This document shows, piece by piece, positions 10,210-20,084 of a stretch of 64,000 nt of DNA. Under the pieces are notes generated by a model that was not told where the DNA came from, ran no database searches, and saw nothing but the letters and a program-made list of their open reading frames with translations. The stretch is taken from positions 69,987 through 133,986 of the forward strand of contig JBCLBO010000001.1 in NCBI GenBank assembly GCA_038916785.1. Direction: 5' to 3'. This DNA comes from Candidatus Hydrogenedentales bacterium (GTDB lineage: Bacteria > Hydrogenedentota > Hydrogenedentia > Hydrogenedentales > GCA-2746185). A program made the position numbers and the translations under genes. Every line of letters starts with the position of its first letter. The first letter of the stretch is position 1.

Positions 10210-11784
10210 ATGATGGCTTCACGAACGGTGGCCGGCCTCGCCGAGGACGCCCTGCAACGGCTGGGCGAGCGCGATTCGCTGCTGTTCCAAGGCGAGCGCG
10301 TCTCGAATGTGACGATTCTGGATCGCGCGCGAAGATTGCAGCGGGCCTTCGCGGGGCTCGGCCTGGGCAAGGGCGACATCGCCACGATCTGCATGGTGAA
10401 TCACCCGCTGGTCTACTCGGTCTTCGGCGGCATCTTTCGTACGGGTGGCACGGCGGTGCCCATGATGTTCCAGCTTACGCCCGCCGAATTGACCTACATC
10501 ATTGGCCACACCGAGGCGCAGGGCGTCGTCACGGACGCGACGCTGGTGGGAAAAGTCCGCGAGGCGGTGAACGGGCTCTCGCATGTGAAGTGGATTGCCG
10601 TGCTCGGCGGGCCGGACGATCCGGCCGCGACGCCCCGGGAGTATTCGCTGGAGGGATTGCTGCAGGCCGCGCCGCAACTCGAGTTGCCGCCGATGGCGAG
10701 CGAAGACGTGGCGCTGATGCTCTACACCTCCGGTACGACGGGGCGTCCCAAGGGCGTGATGCTCAGTAACCGAAATCTCATGGCGATGGCCGAGGCGTCG
10801 CTCGACGCGCAGCAACTCCATGCGCGGCCGCACCCGATGATTACGCTTTCGGGCATGCCGATGGCCCACATTTTCGGCGTGGGAGTCATGATCGGCGGCT
10901 ACACGTATCCCAAAGAGTATCCCGCGCCCATCACGATCCAGGAAGTGTGGTTCGAGGCGGAGAAATTCATGCAACTCATCCAACAATACAAGGTCACGGA
11001 CATGCCGGCGGTGCCGACGATGCTGGCGATGATGCTCGCGCATCCGAACGCGGGGAAGTACGACATTACGTCGCTCGTAAAGGTCGATGTGGGGGCTGCG
11101 CCGCTACCGGTCGAAGTGGCGGATGCGTTTTCGCAGAAGGCCCAGTGCTATATACGACAGCTCTACGGCATGACCGAGAACACGGGTGTCGCCAGTGCCG
11201 GGCGCATTAACCAGCCCTATCGCCGCGGATCGGCGGGCCTGCCGTATTGCAATGTGGAGCTGCGCATCTACGACGACAACGACAACCCGCTGCCGGCGGG
11301 ACAGGCCGGCGAGATTGTCACGCGCGGGGCGTCGGTGATGAAAGGGTATTTCAAGGACCCCGCGGCGACGGCGGCGGCGATGCGCGGCGGCTGGCTGCAC
11401 ACGGGCGACATTGGGCATCTCGACGCGGATGGCTGGCTGTATGTGATCGATCGCAAGAAGGACATGATCATCAAGGGCGGGGAAAACGTATTTCCCGCCG
11501 AAATCGAAAACGTGCTCTACCGGCATCCTGCGGTCGCGGAGGCGGCGGTGATCGGTGTGCCGCACAAACTGTACGGCGAGGACATCGTTGCGTATGTAGT
11601 CAAGCACGCCGGGAACGACGCCACGCCCGAGCAGATCATCGCTCACGTCAAGAAAGACGTCTCATCATTCAAAGCGCCGTCGCAAATCTTCTTCATCGCG
11701 CAATTGCCGAAGAGCGGCGTCGGCAAGATTCTGCGCCGCGAACTCCGCGACCGGTACGCCAAGGAAGCCGCGGCCGCGAAATAA
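10210..11784 (+). CDS. Long-chain fatty acid/acyl-CoA ligase
   Basis: YTSGTTGRPKG, YGMTE, LHTGDIG, DRKKDMIIKGGENV, LPKSGVGK. Confidence 0.94.
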   Translation: MMASRTVAGLAEDALQRLGERDSLLFQGERVSNVTILDRARRLQRAFAGLGLGKGDIATICMVNHPLVYSVFGGIFRTGGTAVPMMFQLTPAELTYIIGHTEAQGVVTDATLVGKVREAVNGLSHVKWIAVLGGPDDPAATPREYSLEGLLQAAPQLELPPMASEDVALMLYTSGTTGRPKGVMLSNRNLMAMAEASLDAQQLHARPHPMITLSGMPMAHIFGVGVMIGGYTYPKEYPAPITIQEVWFEAEKFMQLIQQYKVTDMPAVPTMLAMMLAHPNAGKYDITSLVKVDVGAAPLPVEVADAFSQKAQCYIRQLYGMTENTGVASAGRINQPYRRGSAGLPYCNVELRIYDDNDNPLPAGQAGEIVTRGASVMKGYFKDPAATAAAMRGGWLHTGDIGHLDADGWLYVIDRKKDMIIKGGENVFPAEIENVLYRHPAVAEAAVIGVPHKLYGEDIVAYVVKHAGNDATPEQIIAHVKKDVSSFKAPSQIFFIAQLPKSGVGKILRRELRDRYAKEAAAAK

Positions 11785-11805
11785 CTTCACCGGGAGTGGG
11801 CGCTG

Positions 11806-13338
11806 ATGACGGAAGCGGGAGTGCAACTGGGCGATCGTTTCGTGCCGCAGGCGGAGATTCTACGGCGGGTCGCCCAAGGCGCCTCCGGGCTGCGTGCGCT
11901 AGGCGTGGGCCGCGAGGATCGCGTGGCGATCATGCTGCGCAACGACGTGGCCTATATCGAAGCCAGCCTCGCCGCGCGCATCGTAGGCGGCCTCCCCGTA
12001 CCGATCAATTGGCACCTAAAACCCGAGGAAGTCGCCTATATTCTCGAAGATTCCGGCGCGAAGGTGCTCGTGATCCACTCGGATTTGCTGCGCGAGATTC
12101 ACGCGGCGATCCCCGTGGGAATGCAAGTGATCGAGGTCTGCGTCCCCGAATTTTTGCGTCAGGACTACGGCGTCGCCGATCCCGGCCCGGCAGGACTGGC
12201 CGGGGCGCAGGAGTGGGACTCGTTCATCGCGCGACATGCGCCCTGGTCCACCCCGCCCGATGTCGAGACCTCGAGCATGATCTACACCTCCGGCACGACC
12301 GGCCGGCCCAAAGGCGTGCGCCGGCAATCGGCCACACTCGAGCAGTACCAGGAAAACGTAAGGATTGTCGGCGGCATCCTCGGCGTGTCGCCCGGGATCC
12401 GCACGGTGATACCCGCGCCGATGTACCACGCGGCGCCAAACACCTACAGTATTTTTGCAGTGCAGCAGAACGCCTTTGTCGTCCTCATGCCGAAATTCGA
12501 CGCGGAGGAACTGCTCGCGATCATTGAGCGGCGCCAGATCACGCACTTCCAGGCCGTGCCCACGATGTTCGTGCGCCTGCTGAAACTCCCGGAGGCCGTG
12601 CGGCGCAAGTACGACGTCAGCTCGCTGCAATACGTCATTCACGCCGCCGCCCCGTGTCCGCCGGAGGTGAAGAAGGCGATGATCGAGTGGTGGGGGCCGA
12701 TTATCTGGGAGTACTACGGCAGCACGGAGATGAGCGCGGTCACGCACTGTTCCTCGGCCGATGCGCTGCGGTTCCCCGGCACGGTGGGCAAGGCAGTGCC
12801 GGAGGCGACGGTTAAAATCCTGGACGAGCAGGGCAACGAGTGCGCGCGCGGCGTGCCGGGCCAGGTCTACGGCTGGCTGCACACCACGACGGATTTCACG
12901 TATCAGAACGATCCCGAGAAGCGCCGCCGGATCGAGCGCGACGGCCTGATCACCTGCGGCGACATTGGCTATTTGAACGACGAAAATTTCCTGTTCCTCT
13001 GCGATCGCGCGAACGACATGATCATTTCGGGCGGGGTGAACATCTACCCCGCCGAAATCGAGTCCGTCCTGATCAATTTTCCGGGTGTCCACGATTGCGC
13101 GGTCTTTGGCATTCCGCACCCGGACTTCGGCGAGTCCGTGATGGCGGTGGTCGAGCCGCAGCCGGGCGCGCGGCTGAGCGAAGACGCGATCCGCGCGTAT
13201 CTGCGCGAGCGCGTGGCGGATTACAAAGTCCCGCGGACCATTGAATTTCGCACGGGCCTGCCGCGAGAAGATTCCGGGAAGCTGTTCAAACGCAAGCTCC
13301 GCGAGCCATACTGGCAGGACGCCGGCCGAAGGATATAG
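11806..13338 (+). CDS. Acyl-CoA synthetase (AMP-binding)
   Basis: YTSGTTGRPKG, YYGSTE, GDIGY, DMIISGGVNIYP, LPREDSGK. Confidence 0.94.
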   Translation: MTEAGVQLGDRFVPQAEILRRVAQGASGLRALGVGREDRVAIMLRNDVAYIEASLAARIVGGLPVPINWHLKPEEVAYILEDSGAKVLVIHSDLLREIHAAIPVGMQVIEVCVPEFLRQDYGVADPGPAGLAGAQEWDSFIARHAPWSTPPDVETSSMIYTSGTTGRPKGVRRQSATLEQYQENVRIVGGILGVSPGIRTVIPAPMYHAAPNTYSIFAVQQNAFVVLMPKFDAEELLAIIERRQITHFQAVPTMFVRLLKLPEAVRRKYDVSSLQYVIHAAAPCPPEVKKAMIEWWGPIIWEYYGSTEMSAVTHCSSADALRFPGTVGKAVPEATVKILDEQGNECARGVPGQVYGWLHTTTDFTYQNDPEKRRRIERDGLITCGDIGYLNDENFLFLCDRANDMIISGGVNIYPAEIESVLINFPGVHDCAVFGIPHPDFGESVMAVVEPQPGARLSEDAIRAYLRERVADYKVPRTIEFRTGLPREDSGKLFKRKLREPYWQDAGRRI

Positions 13339-13485
13339 CGGGCCCATTTTTGTCACCGCGTTCAGATCTGTGCGCCACCGGAGCGCACTTCTTCCCCAAT
13401 TTTGCACCGCCGCCGCTCCCGCGAATCCCGCATTCTGCTTGCGATTCATTGAGTTTGGAATGTTTCGCGCACCTGGCCCGAATGC

Positions 13486-13500
13486 TGGCACTCCGGTTGC
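13486..13500 (+). promoter_or_regulatory. sigma54 promoter TGGCACTCCGGTTGC
   Basis: Near-consensus -24/-12 element about 100 nt upstream of the EBP-like gene. Confidence 0.7.
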
Positions 13501-13596
13501 TCAATCCGCGCGGACAAAGTATGCCCATCTTGGAGCGGGGAGCGGTTTAGCCCGGTGCTTGGAGGCGTGGCGCGGCGGCGTCCGAAGGAGTGTGTC

Positions 13597-14922
13597 GTGG
13601 GGATTGGGGTGGCGCTGGTGATTGGCGACGACCACACGCTCTCGTCCGACCAGGAAGAAAGCCTGGCGGGCGCGGGGATCGCGGTGTCGCATGCCGATGA
13701 CGTGCCGCGGGTCGATTCGGAGGAGGCTTCGGCGTGTGACGTCGTTCTCGCCAGTCTTCCTGACGGTGATGCCCGTGATTCAGGCCGTTTCGATCGGCTG
13801 CATTCCTTGGCTATCCGCGTTCCACTGATTCTGTTGGCCGACGAGGACCACCTGTCCGATGCATATGCGATCGCTGGAGACGCGGCATTCGATTGCCTGC
13901 CGCGATCCGTGACCGGCGCGTGGCTCACGCACAAGGTGCATCAAGCCCTGCAACAGCGCCGAGCGGGATACCTCGTGGGGGCGCCACACACCGCGGTGCT
14001 CGGGGGCGTGAAGCAGAGCGCGACACTCGAGGGCCGGGGCCCCGCGATCGAACGCGTGCGCCGCGCGATCGGCGAGGCCGCGCGATCGAACATGCCCGTC
14101 ATGATCCACGGAGAGACCGGGAGCGGAAAGGACGTGGTGGCGAGGTTGATTCACGAGGCGTCGCGTGAGGCCTCCGGTCACGGCGCCTTCATTAAGGTCA
14201 ATTGCCCGTCGTATCCAGACGCATTGCTGGAAGACGAACTCTTCGGCGGCCCCGTGACCGCCGGCGGGCCGGCCAGACCGGGCCGCCTCGAACTGGCTTC
14301 GCGCGGCACGCTGCTGCTCGACGAGATCGCGGAGATCGAATCGGGGACCCAGGCGCGCCTGCTGGACGTGTTCGAACCCGAGCACACGGCCGGGACCGCC
14401 TGGAACGTGCGGCTCATTTCGACGACCAGTTCCACGCGTGACCAGTTGTATGCGCGCGGCGGATTTCGTCACGACCTTTACTTTCGCTTGAACGGCTATA
14501 CGATCGAGCTGCCGCCACTACGCGATCGCCCGGAGGACATCTCTATCCTGGCCGATTTCTTTCTCGCCAAGTATGCCCCGCTCAGCGGCGGCCGCGCGCT
14601 GGAGGCGCCGCCGCGCGCGCTGGCACGGATGACGCAGTATGGCTGGCCCGGCAATGTCCGCGAGCTGGAAGTGGCTGTCAAGCGCTTCACCGTGAGCGGC
14701 GACGAAAGCGCGCTGACCTCAACCTTTGTCAAGGCTGAACTACCTCTGGACGAAATGAGCGGCGGCGACCGCTACCACGAGAGCGAGCGGCGCGTGATCC
14801 TCTCCGCGCTGGCCGAGACCCGCTGGAACCGCCGCAAGGCGGCGAGAATCCTCGGCATTAGTTACAACACACTGCGCCGCCGCATCGAGCGCTACCACCT
14901 CGACCTCCAAGTCGAGAACTGA
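13597..14922 (+). CDS. NtrC-like AAA+/Fis-HTH regulator with a degenerate receiver domain and no GAFTGA motif
   Basis: GETGSGKD, LLLDEI, FRHDLYFRL, PPLRDR, WPGNVREL, C-terminal NRRKAARILGISYNTL; ELFG is followed by GPVTAGGPA; GTG start after AAGGAG. Confidence 0.88.
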   Translation: MGIGVALVIGDDHTLSSDQEESLAGAGIAVSHADDVPRVDSEEASACDVVLASLPDGDARDSGRFDRLHSLAIRVPLILLADEDHLSDAYAIAGDAAFDCLPRSVTGAWLTHKVHQALQQRRAGYLVGAPHTAVLGGVKQSATLEGRGPAIERVRRAIGEAARSNMPVMIHGETGSGKDVVARLIHEASREASGHGAFIKVNCPSYPDALLEDELFGGPVTAGGPARPGRLELASRGTLLLDEIAEIESGTQARLLDVFEPEHTAGTAWNVRLISTTSSTRDQLYARGGFRHDLYFRLNGYTIELPPLRDRPEDISILADFFLAKYAPLSGGRALEAPPRALARMTQYGWPGNVRELEVAVKRFTVSGDESALTSTFVKAELPLDEMSGGDRYHESERRVILSALAETRWNRRKAARILGISYNTLRRRIERYHLDLQVEN

Positions 14923-15032
14923 ATCGCCTCCCCTAGTCCAGAGACATTTCCAATTCCTGATGAAGACCTCTCCGGCCTTGTCATTCTGAATCCCCCACGG
15001 GCCATCGCCGGAGTTTGTAGAAATGAAACGCG

Positions 15033-15085
15033 TCCGGCAGGGTAGGGCGGTCATGACCCGCCCTACCCTGCCGGAAGCGTTTTCT
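15033..15085 (+). terminator. Long REP-derived hairpin with T-run
   Basis: TCCGGCAGGGTAGGGCGG-TCATGAC-CCGCCCTACCCTGCCGGA; the core recurs at 59615-59639. Confidence 0.65.
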
Positions 15086-15344
15086 TAACAGCGATAGTAC
15101 ACACCAAATGTTTATTTGCGTATTCTTCGCGTATTTCGTCCGTTCGATGCCGGTCCGTCAGCCGTTTTCCTCGACGCTTCCGCGGGTTTCACAAAATAGT
15201 TTGTCAGACCTGACAACTCGCCATATCCAGGCGCAAAACCTGCCCAGGCCGGTCACCGTGAACTGGGCGAGTAGTGCCCAGCTTGGGCACCTCCCACGAC
15301 CCTCGGGACGAAATTTTGCTTGCGCAGTCTCTCCGAAATCCGCG

Positions 15345-15414
15345 TAAGTCCAGTCGTGCCAATCATTTAGCATCGATTAACATTTCTGTACCAGAAAGCT
15401 GGCACGGTGTTTGC
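15345..15414 (+). promoter_or_regulatory. sigma54 promoter TGGCACGGTGTTTGC (15400-15414) with IHF-like site, driving the tad operon
   Basis: Exact TGGCACG-N4-TTGC; CCAATCATTTA upstream. Confidence 0.85.
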
Positions 15415-15464
15415 CCTTCGTTCACCACGCCCGAAGCGAGTAAGTGCGGGGGTGGGGACAAACA

Positions 15465-15854
15465 GTGATTGCGCAAAGTTGCGATTTGGAAAGACGGTTG
15501 AAGCATGAACAACGGCTCGCCGCGCGCTACCGGTTTTTCGTTTCGGTCGTGATGGTCGCGCCGACCCAGGGAGGCGTGAGCGTCCGCCAGATTTTGGACG
15601 AGACGCTGCGCGAGTGCGACGAGATTTTTGTGCTCGACGAAGGCCTGGCGATCTTGATGCCGCACACAACCTTGCAAGATGCGACGCACGCGGTGGACCG
15701 GTTCAAGGCGTTCTGCACGGAGCGGATCGACCTGCGGTTCTCGATCGCGACCTACCCGACGGACGACGCGGCGCTCGGATTGCTCGAGCGGGCGCGCGAA
15801 CGGCTGGCGGAAGCCAAGTCGGGCGAGTTTGGCGAAGTAGTGATCTCCGGGTAA
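15465..15854 (+). CDS. Stand-alone degenerate GGDEF-fold protein retaining RxxD
   Basis: E..RA.RY..SVVMV, LRECD, LAILMPHT..DA, SIATYPTD, LLERA..RL.EAK; the GG(D/E)EF motif is absent. Confidence 0.7.
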   Translation: MIAQSCDLERRLKHEQRLAARYRFFVSVVMVAPTQGGVSVRQILDETLRECDEIFVLDEGLAILMPHTTLQDATHAVDRFKAFCTERIDLRFSIATYPTDDAALGLLERARERLAEAKSGEFGEVVISG

Positions 15855-15886
15855 TGGGTCCGGAGTTAGCAAGGAGGAAGTGGAAC

Positions 15887-16063
15887 ATGAATCAAGTGCA
15901 GAGCGTGAAGCATGGCCTGATGCGCGAGGCGGACGGGTTTGAAGGCGCTGAATACGCCTTCGTGACCGTCCTGATCGTGGGTGCAGTGCTCGCGGCAATC
16001 GCGGCCCTCGGCGTCGCGCTGAACGGCGACGTGGCCACGCTCTCGCAGGTGATTCACATCTAG
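15887..16063 (+). CDS. Flp-like type IVb pilin (divergent)
   Basis: 58 aa, G-FEGA-EY Flp motif followed by a hydrophobic helix; AGGAGG RBS. Confidence 0.75.
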   Translation: MNQVQSVKHGLMREADGFEGAEYAFVTVLIVGAVLAAIAALGVALNGDVATLSQVIHI

Positions 16064-16155
16064 TTGATGTCTATAGCGCCCGCGTTGTGCAGGCGCTGAG
16101 CATAGGGTTCAGGAGTCCCACGGGCTCCTCATCCCACAACAAAGGAGTAAGGAAA

Positions 16156-16326
16156 ATGTCGAAAGTTTTCAAGAAGTTCGTGCAGGACGAGGCCGGTCTG
16201 GAAACGGTGGAATATGCCGTGATGACCGCCCTGATCGTCGCGGCGATGGTTACGGCCATCGGGCTGCTTGCCGCCGCGGTTACGGGTCGCTTCGGCGAAA
16301 CCCAAGCCGTCATCAACGGCATCTAA
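16156..16326 (+). CDS. flp: Flp pilin
   Basis: 56 aa, F..DE.G-LETV-EY followed by a hydrophobic helix; AAGGA RBS. Confidence 0.92.
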   Translation: MSKVFKKFVQDEAGLETVEYAVMTALIVAAMVTAIGLLAAAVTGRFGETQAVINGI

Positions 16327-16331
16327 TTTCC

Positions 16332-16937
16332 ATGTCCGGATTGCTGCCCAATCTATTTCACGCCGCTCAGCGGAGTGAATTTCCCCTCGGGGAAGGCAGC
16401 ACACTGCTTGTCCAGTGGGGCGTCGTACTCGGCGCCTCGCTGGCGGCAGCGGTGTGGGACTTGCGCTCCCGGCGCATCCCGAACGCGCTAACGCTCCCCC
16501 TGTTCCTCACAGGCGTTGCGTTCAATGCATGGGTTGGAGGCATCACCGCCGCGTCGCTCAGTGTGGGCGGCGCGGCGGTGGCCGCACTACCGTTTTTGCT
16601 GCTCTTCGTTTACGCCGGCGGCGGCGCGGGCGATGCCAAGCTGATGGGCGCGGTTGGCGCCTGGCTCGGCCTCGCCCAGGGTGTCGCGGCGCTACTGATG
16701 GTCGTCATCGCGGGCGCCGTCTTGGGCCTTGCGCAGGCGGCCTGGCAGAAAAAGTTTTTTCACGTCACCGGGCGCATGGCCGACTTGAGCCGCTCCTGGG
16801 TCGCGATGATTTCGGCTGGGCATCGCCCCGTGATCACGCAATTGGACGACGCGCAGCCGCTTCAAATGCCCTACGGAGTTTCGATCTTTACCGGCGTCAC
16901 CTTCGCCGCTCTGGGAGTCATGCTGTGGAACGCCTAA
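16332..16937 (+). CDS. cpaA: A24 prepilin peptidase
   Basis: WDLRSRRIPN, GAGDAKL, MPYGVSI. Confidence 0.92.
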   Translation: MSGLLPNLFHAAQRSEFPLGEGSTLLVQWGVVLGASLAAAVWDLRSRRIPNALTLPLFLTGVAFNAWVGGITAASLSVGGAAVAALPFLLLFVYAGGGAGDAKLMGAVGAWLGLAQGVAALLMVVIAGAVLGLAQAAWQKKFFHVTGRMADLSRSWVAMISAGHRPVITQLDDAQPLQMPYGVSIFTGVTFAALGVMLWNA

Positions 16938-17362
16938 ATCGACGCGCTGCATTCGGCCGGCGCCTGCGCGATGAGCGCGGCCTCGCCCTGGTCGAAACCG
17001 CGATCGTCATCCTGCTGCTGCTGTTCATCACCTTCGCGATGATGGAATTCAGCTGGCTCTTCCACCGCATTCAGCAAATCAACAACGGCGCGCGCGAAGG
17101 CGCGCGCCTCGCGGTACTCCCCGATCGCACTGCGGGGGAAGCCATCGCGCGGGTCAACACGTTGATGGCCGGCTTCGGCATCGCGGGCGCTACCGTCACG
17201 GTCAATCCGGCCGATACCTCCAATCTGGCGTCAGGCGCTCTGATTAAGGTCACTGTGAAAGTCCCGGTGAGAAACGTGATGCTGACCGGGCTGTTTCTAG
17301 CGCAGAGTTTCTTGGGTGGAAACTTGAGTACATCGGCGACGATGGCCAAGGAGAGTCCATAA
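16925..17362 (+). CDS. tadE: TadE-like pseudopilin
   Basis: RG-LALV-E, hydrophobic helix, AREGARLA; GTG start at 16925. Confidence 0.88.
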   Translation: MERLNRRAAFGRRLRDERGLALVETAIVILLLLFITFAMMEFSWLFHRIQQINNGAREGARLAVLPDRTAGEAIARVNTLMAGFGIAGATVTVNPADTSNLASGALIKVTVKVPVRNVMLTGLFLAQSFLGGNLSTSATMAKESP

Positions 17363-17446
17363 GGATTGGTGCGATTCTTGCACCTTAGGGCAGGGGTCCA
17401 GACGACAAACGGCCTGAAAACGGCCAACGGTTCTAGGAGAAGTCCA

Positions 17447-18439
17447 ATGAAGATCAGGTGGTCGATCGTATTTCTAGGCTTGTTTGGCGTGGTGGCGGCC
17501 GTCGCCGCTGCCGTCATCACCGCCAGTCTGAGTGCCCAGGGCATTCAGGCGGTGGGCCCCGCAGCTCCGCGCGAAGTGACAATTCTCGTCGCTGCGCACG
17601 ACTTGCGGGCCATGGAAGTCATCACCGAGGACGACGTTGTGGCAAAAAAAATCCCCGAAAAAGTAGCGACGGACTCCCAGTATTCGGATCCGACCCAGGT
17701 GGTCGGGCGCATGTTAAGCCTCTCAGTCAAGCAGGGTCAGCCGCTGGCGAAGAATTCGTTCCCCGCCGACGGATCGGGCCTGCTGCTCGCCGCGCATCTG
17801 CCGCACGGCCAGCGCGCGGTCACGCTTTCGCTCGACGATCACGCTGGGCTCGAGCGGATCATCTACCCCGGTTGCATCGTCGACGTCGTTGTCTCGTTCA
17901 CGCTTGACGCGAGCGACGACATCGGTCGGGCCGTGTCGACGACGATGTTGCAAAACATCGAAGTGCTCGCGGTCGAGGACAGCACCGTGGTGAACAAGGA
18001 AAACGCGGAGACGGAGGAGGCGCGCTCGACCCGCAGCAGTACGCGCCGCTTGCTGGTGACCGTGATGGTCAATTCCAAGCAAGCCGAAGCGCTTCAGCTC
18101 GCGGTGGAGCACGGCAAAATCTCGCTGGCGATGCGCAACCCCGCGGACCTCGCGGATGCGACGTCGGATGCGACGGTGCTGGCTGAAGGGCAGTTGGCGC
18201 AGTTGGCGCAACTGCTGGGTCCCAAGGTCGGTCACGGTGACCGCCTCGAAGAACAAGCGATCGCGCAGGTCGCGTCCGGGGCCGATGACTCGCAGCCGGC
18301 GGCCGCGCTTGAACCGTTAAAGGAAACCGTTGCTTCGGCGACGCCTGAATACAGCGCGCCCAAGGGCCCGAGCCCGTGGGAAATCGAGGTCTTTCGCGCG
18401 ATGAGCAAAGAAACCACGTTTATCCCGGCCCAGAATTAA
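17447..18439 (+). CDS. cpaB: Flp pilus assembly protein CpaB/RcpC
   Basis: SAF domain (VAAHDL), G.RAVTL, PG.IVDVV, LQNIEVLAV, GKISLAMRN. Confidence 0.93.
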   Translation: MKIRWSIVFLGLFGVVAAVAAAVITASLSAQGIQAVGPAAPREVTILVAAHDLRAMEVITEDDVVAKKIPEKVATDSQYSDPTQVVGRMLSLSVKQGQPLAKNSFPADGSGLLLAAHLPHGQRAVTLSLDDHAGLERIIYPGCIVDVVVSFTLDASDDIGRAVSTTMLQNIEVLAVEDSTVVNKENAETEEARSTRSSTRRLLVTVMVNSKQAEALQLAVEHGKISLAMRNPADLADATSDATVLAEGQLAQLAQLLGPKVGHGDRLEEQAIAQVASGADDSQPAAALEPLKETVASATPEYSAPKGPSPWEIEVFRAMSKETTFIPAQN

Positions 18440-18459
18440 CCGGTAGGGGAGGAGAGATT

Positions 18460-20037
18460 GTGAACACCGTAAACGGACTCGAAGTTACGCGGCGCGCGCG
18501 GCGCGCCCTGGCGGCGGTACTCGCTTCGATGGCGACGGGCGCGCTGGGCGTCTACGCGCAAGAAGCGCCGGTCCGGTTGACCAGCGAAGGCCCGGTGGCT
18601 GTCAGCAAGGAGCTGAACTTGAGCGTGGGCCAATCGGCCGCGTTGCGCTCCTCGTGGAACATCAAGCGCGTCTCCGTCGCCAATCCTGAAGTGGCGGACG
18701 TGGACGCGCTCGAGACGAACGAGGTGCTGGTCATCGCCAAGGAAGTCGGCAAGACCGACCTCATCCTGTGGGGCGACAACGGCGAAGTCTTTACGACCTC
18801 GGTCGCCGTCGACGTCGACATCAAGCAGCTCAACATAGACCTAGTGTCGCTGTTCCCGCGCTCCACGGTGCAGGTCACGCGTTCGCAGGACGTATATTTC
18901 GCCCGGGGCATCTTCGATACGGCCGACGAGGCGCGCCAGTTGGGCGAGTTCCTCAATGCGGCCGAGATCAAGTTTGTCGATATGACCAGCGTCGCGGGCC
19001 TGCAGCAGGTCATGATTAAGGTGACCGTCGCCGAGGTCAATCGCGTGGCGATCAAGAACATGGGCACAAACATCCTCAAGGCCGGCGAAGACTTCTTCGG
19101 CGTGAGCATGCCTGGGCCTTCGGGCGGCGGCGCGCCCAATCAGTTCCCGATCATCCCCGGCGGCAACGCGAGCTCAGGCAACCTCCCCTTCACCTTTGGG
19201 GAAAGCGCGGTCAGCCCCTTCAACACGCTTATCCTCGGATTCCCGAATGCGGACCTGGCCTTCTTCGTCGAGGCACTTGCCGAAAACCAGTTCCTCAAGA
19301 TCTTGGCGGAGCCGACGCTGATTGCGCTGAGCGGTCAGGAAGCCAACTTCCTGGCCGGCGGCGAATATCCGATTCCCGTCGCGCAGGGCGGTGGGAGCGG
19401 TTCGGTCTCGGTCGAGTACAAAGAGTTCGGTATCCGCCTGAGCTTCACGCCTACCGTGTTGGGCGATGGGCGCATCCGCCTCAAAGTCGCGCCGGAAGTC
19501 AGCGACATCTCCAACCTGGGCGCGGTCGAAATCCAGGGTTTCCGTATCCCCTCACTGCTCACGCGGCGTGCCGAGACGGTCCTCGAAATGTCCAGCGGCC
19601 AGACCTTCTCGATGGCCGGCCTACTCAGCCAGAGCGTCGCCGCGCGCAACTCGCGCACGCCGTTCCTGGGCGATCTGCCGGTCCTCGGCCAGCTCTTCCG
19701 CTCGGTCAGCTATCAGAAAGGCGAGAGCGAACTGGTCATCCTCGTGACGCCGACGCTGGTCGAGCCGCTGGACCACGCGACGCGCCGTCCGGTGCCCGGC
19801 GACTTGCATGAATCCCCGAACGACTGGGAGCTCTTCGGCTTGGGCAAATTCGAAGGCCATACGAAGACGGCCAAGAGCGATGACGCCGATGCCGCCGCCA
19901 CCGCCGACCTTGGCGAGATCGAAGACCTCAAAGGTCCGGGCGCGTGGGCGGGGTACTACGACGACAAGCAGCCGGGCCAGAAGACCGCCGGCGCGGTACA
20001 GGAAGCCAAAGTCGAAGTCGAGACGCTGAACAACTAG
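18460..20037 (+). CDS. cpaC: Tad secretin CpaC/RcpA
   Basis: QVMIKVTVAEV, LAEPTLIALSGQEANFLAGGEYP, PFLGDLPVLGQLFRS, ELVILVTP. Confidence 0.95.
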   Translation: MNTVNGLEVTRRARRALAAVLASMATGALGVYAQEAPVRLTSEGPVAVSKELNLSVGQSAALRSSWNIKRVSVANPEVADVDALETNEVLVIAKEVGKTDLILWGDNGEVFTTSVAVDVDIKQLNIDLVSLFPRSTVQVTRSQDVYFARGIFDTADEARQLGEFLNAAEIKFVDMTSVAGLQQVMIKVTVAEVNRVAIKNMGTNILKAGEDFFGVSMPGPSGGGAPNQFPIIPGGNASSGNLPFTFGESAVSPFNTLILGFPNADLAFFVEALAENQFLKILAEPTLIALSGQEANFLAGGEYPIPVAQGGGSGSVSVEYKEFGIRLSFTPTVLGDGRIRLKVAPEVSDISNLGAVEIQGFRIPSLLTRRAETVLEMSSGQTFSMAGLLSQSVAARNSRTPFLGDLPVLGQLFRSVSYQKGESELVILVTPTLVEPLDHATRRPVPGDLHESPNDWELFGLGKFEGHTKTAKSDDADAAATADLGEIEDLKGPGAWAGYYDDKQPGQKTAGAVQEAKVEVETLNN

Positions 20038-20084
20038 ACGGTTGGAATCCAGGGCCGGAAGGCCGGCCCAAGGGGGACGTGGCG

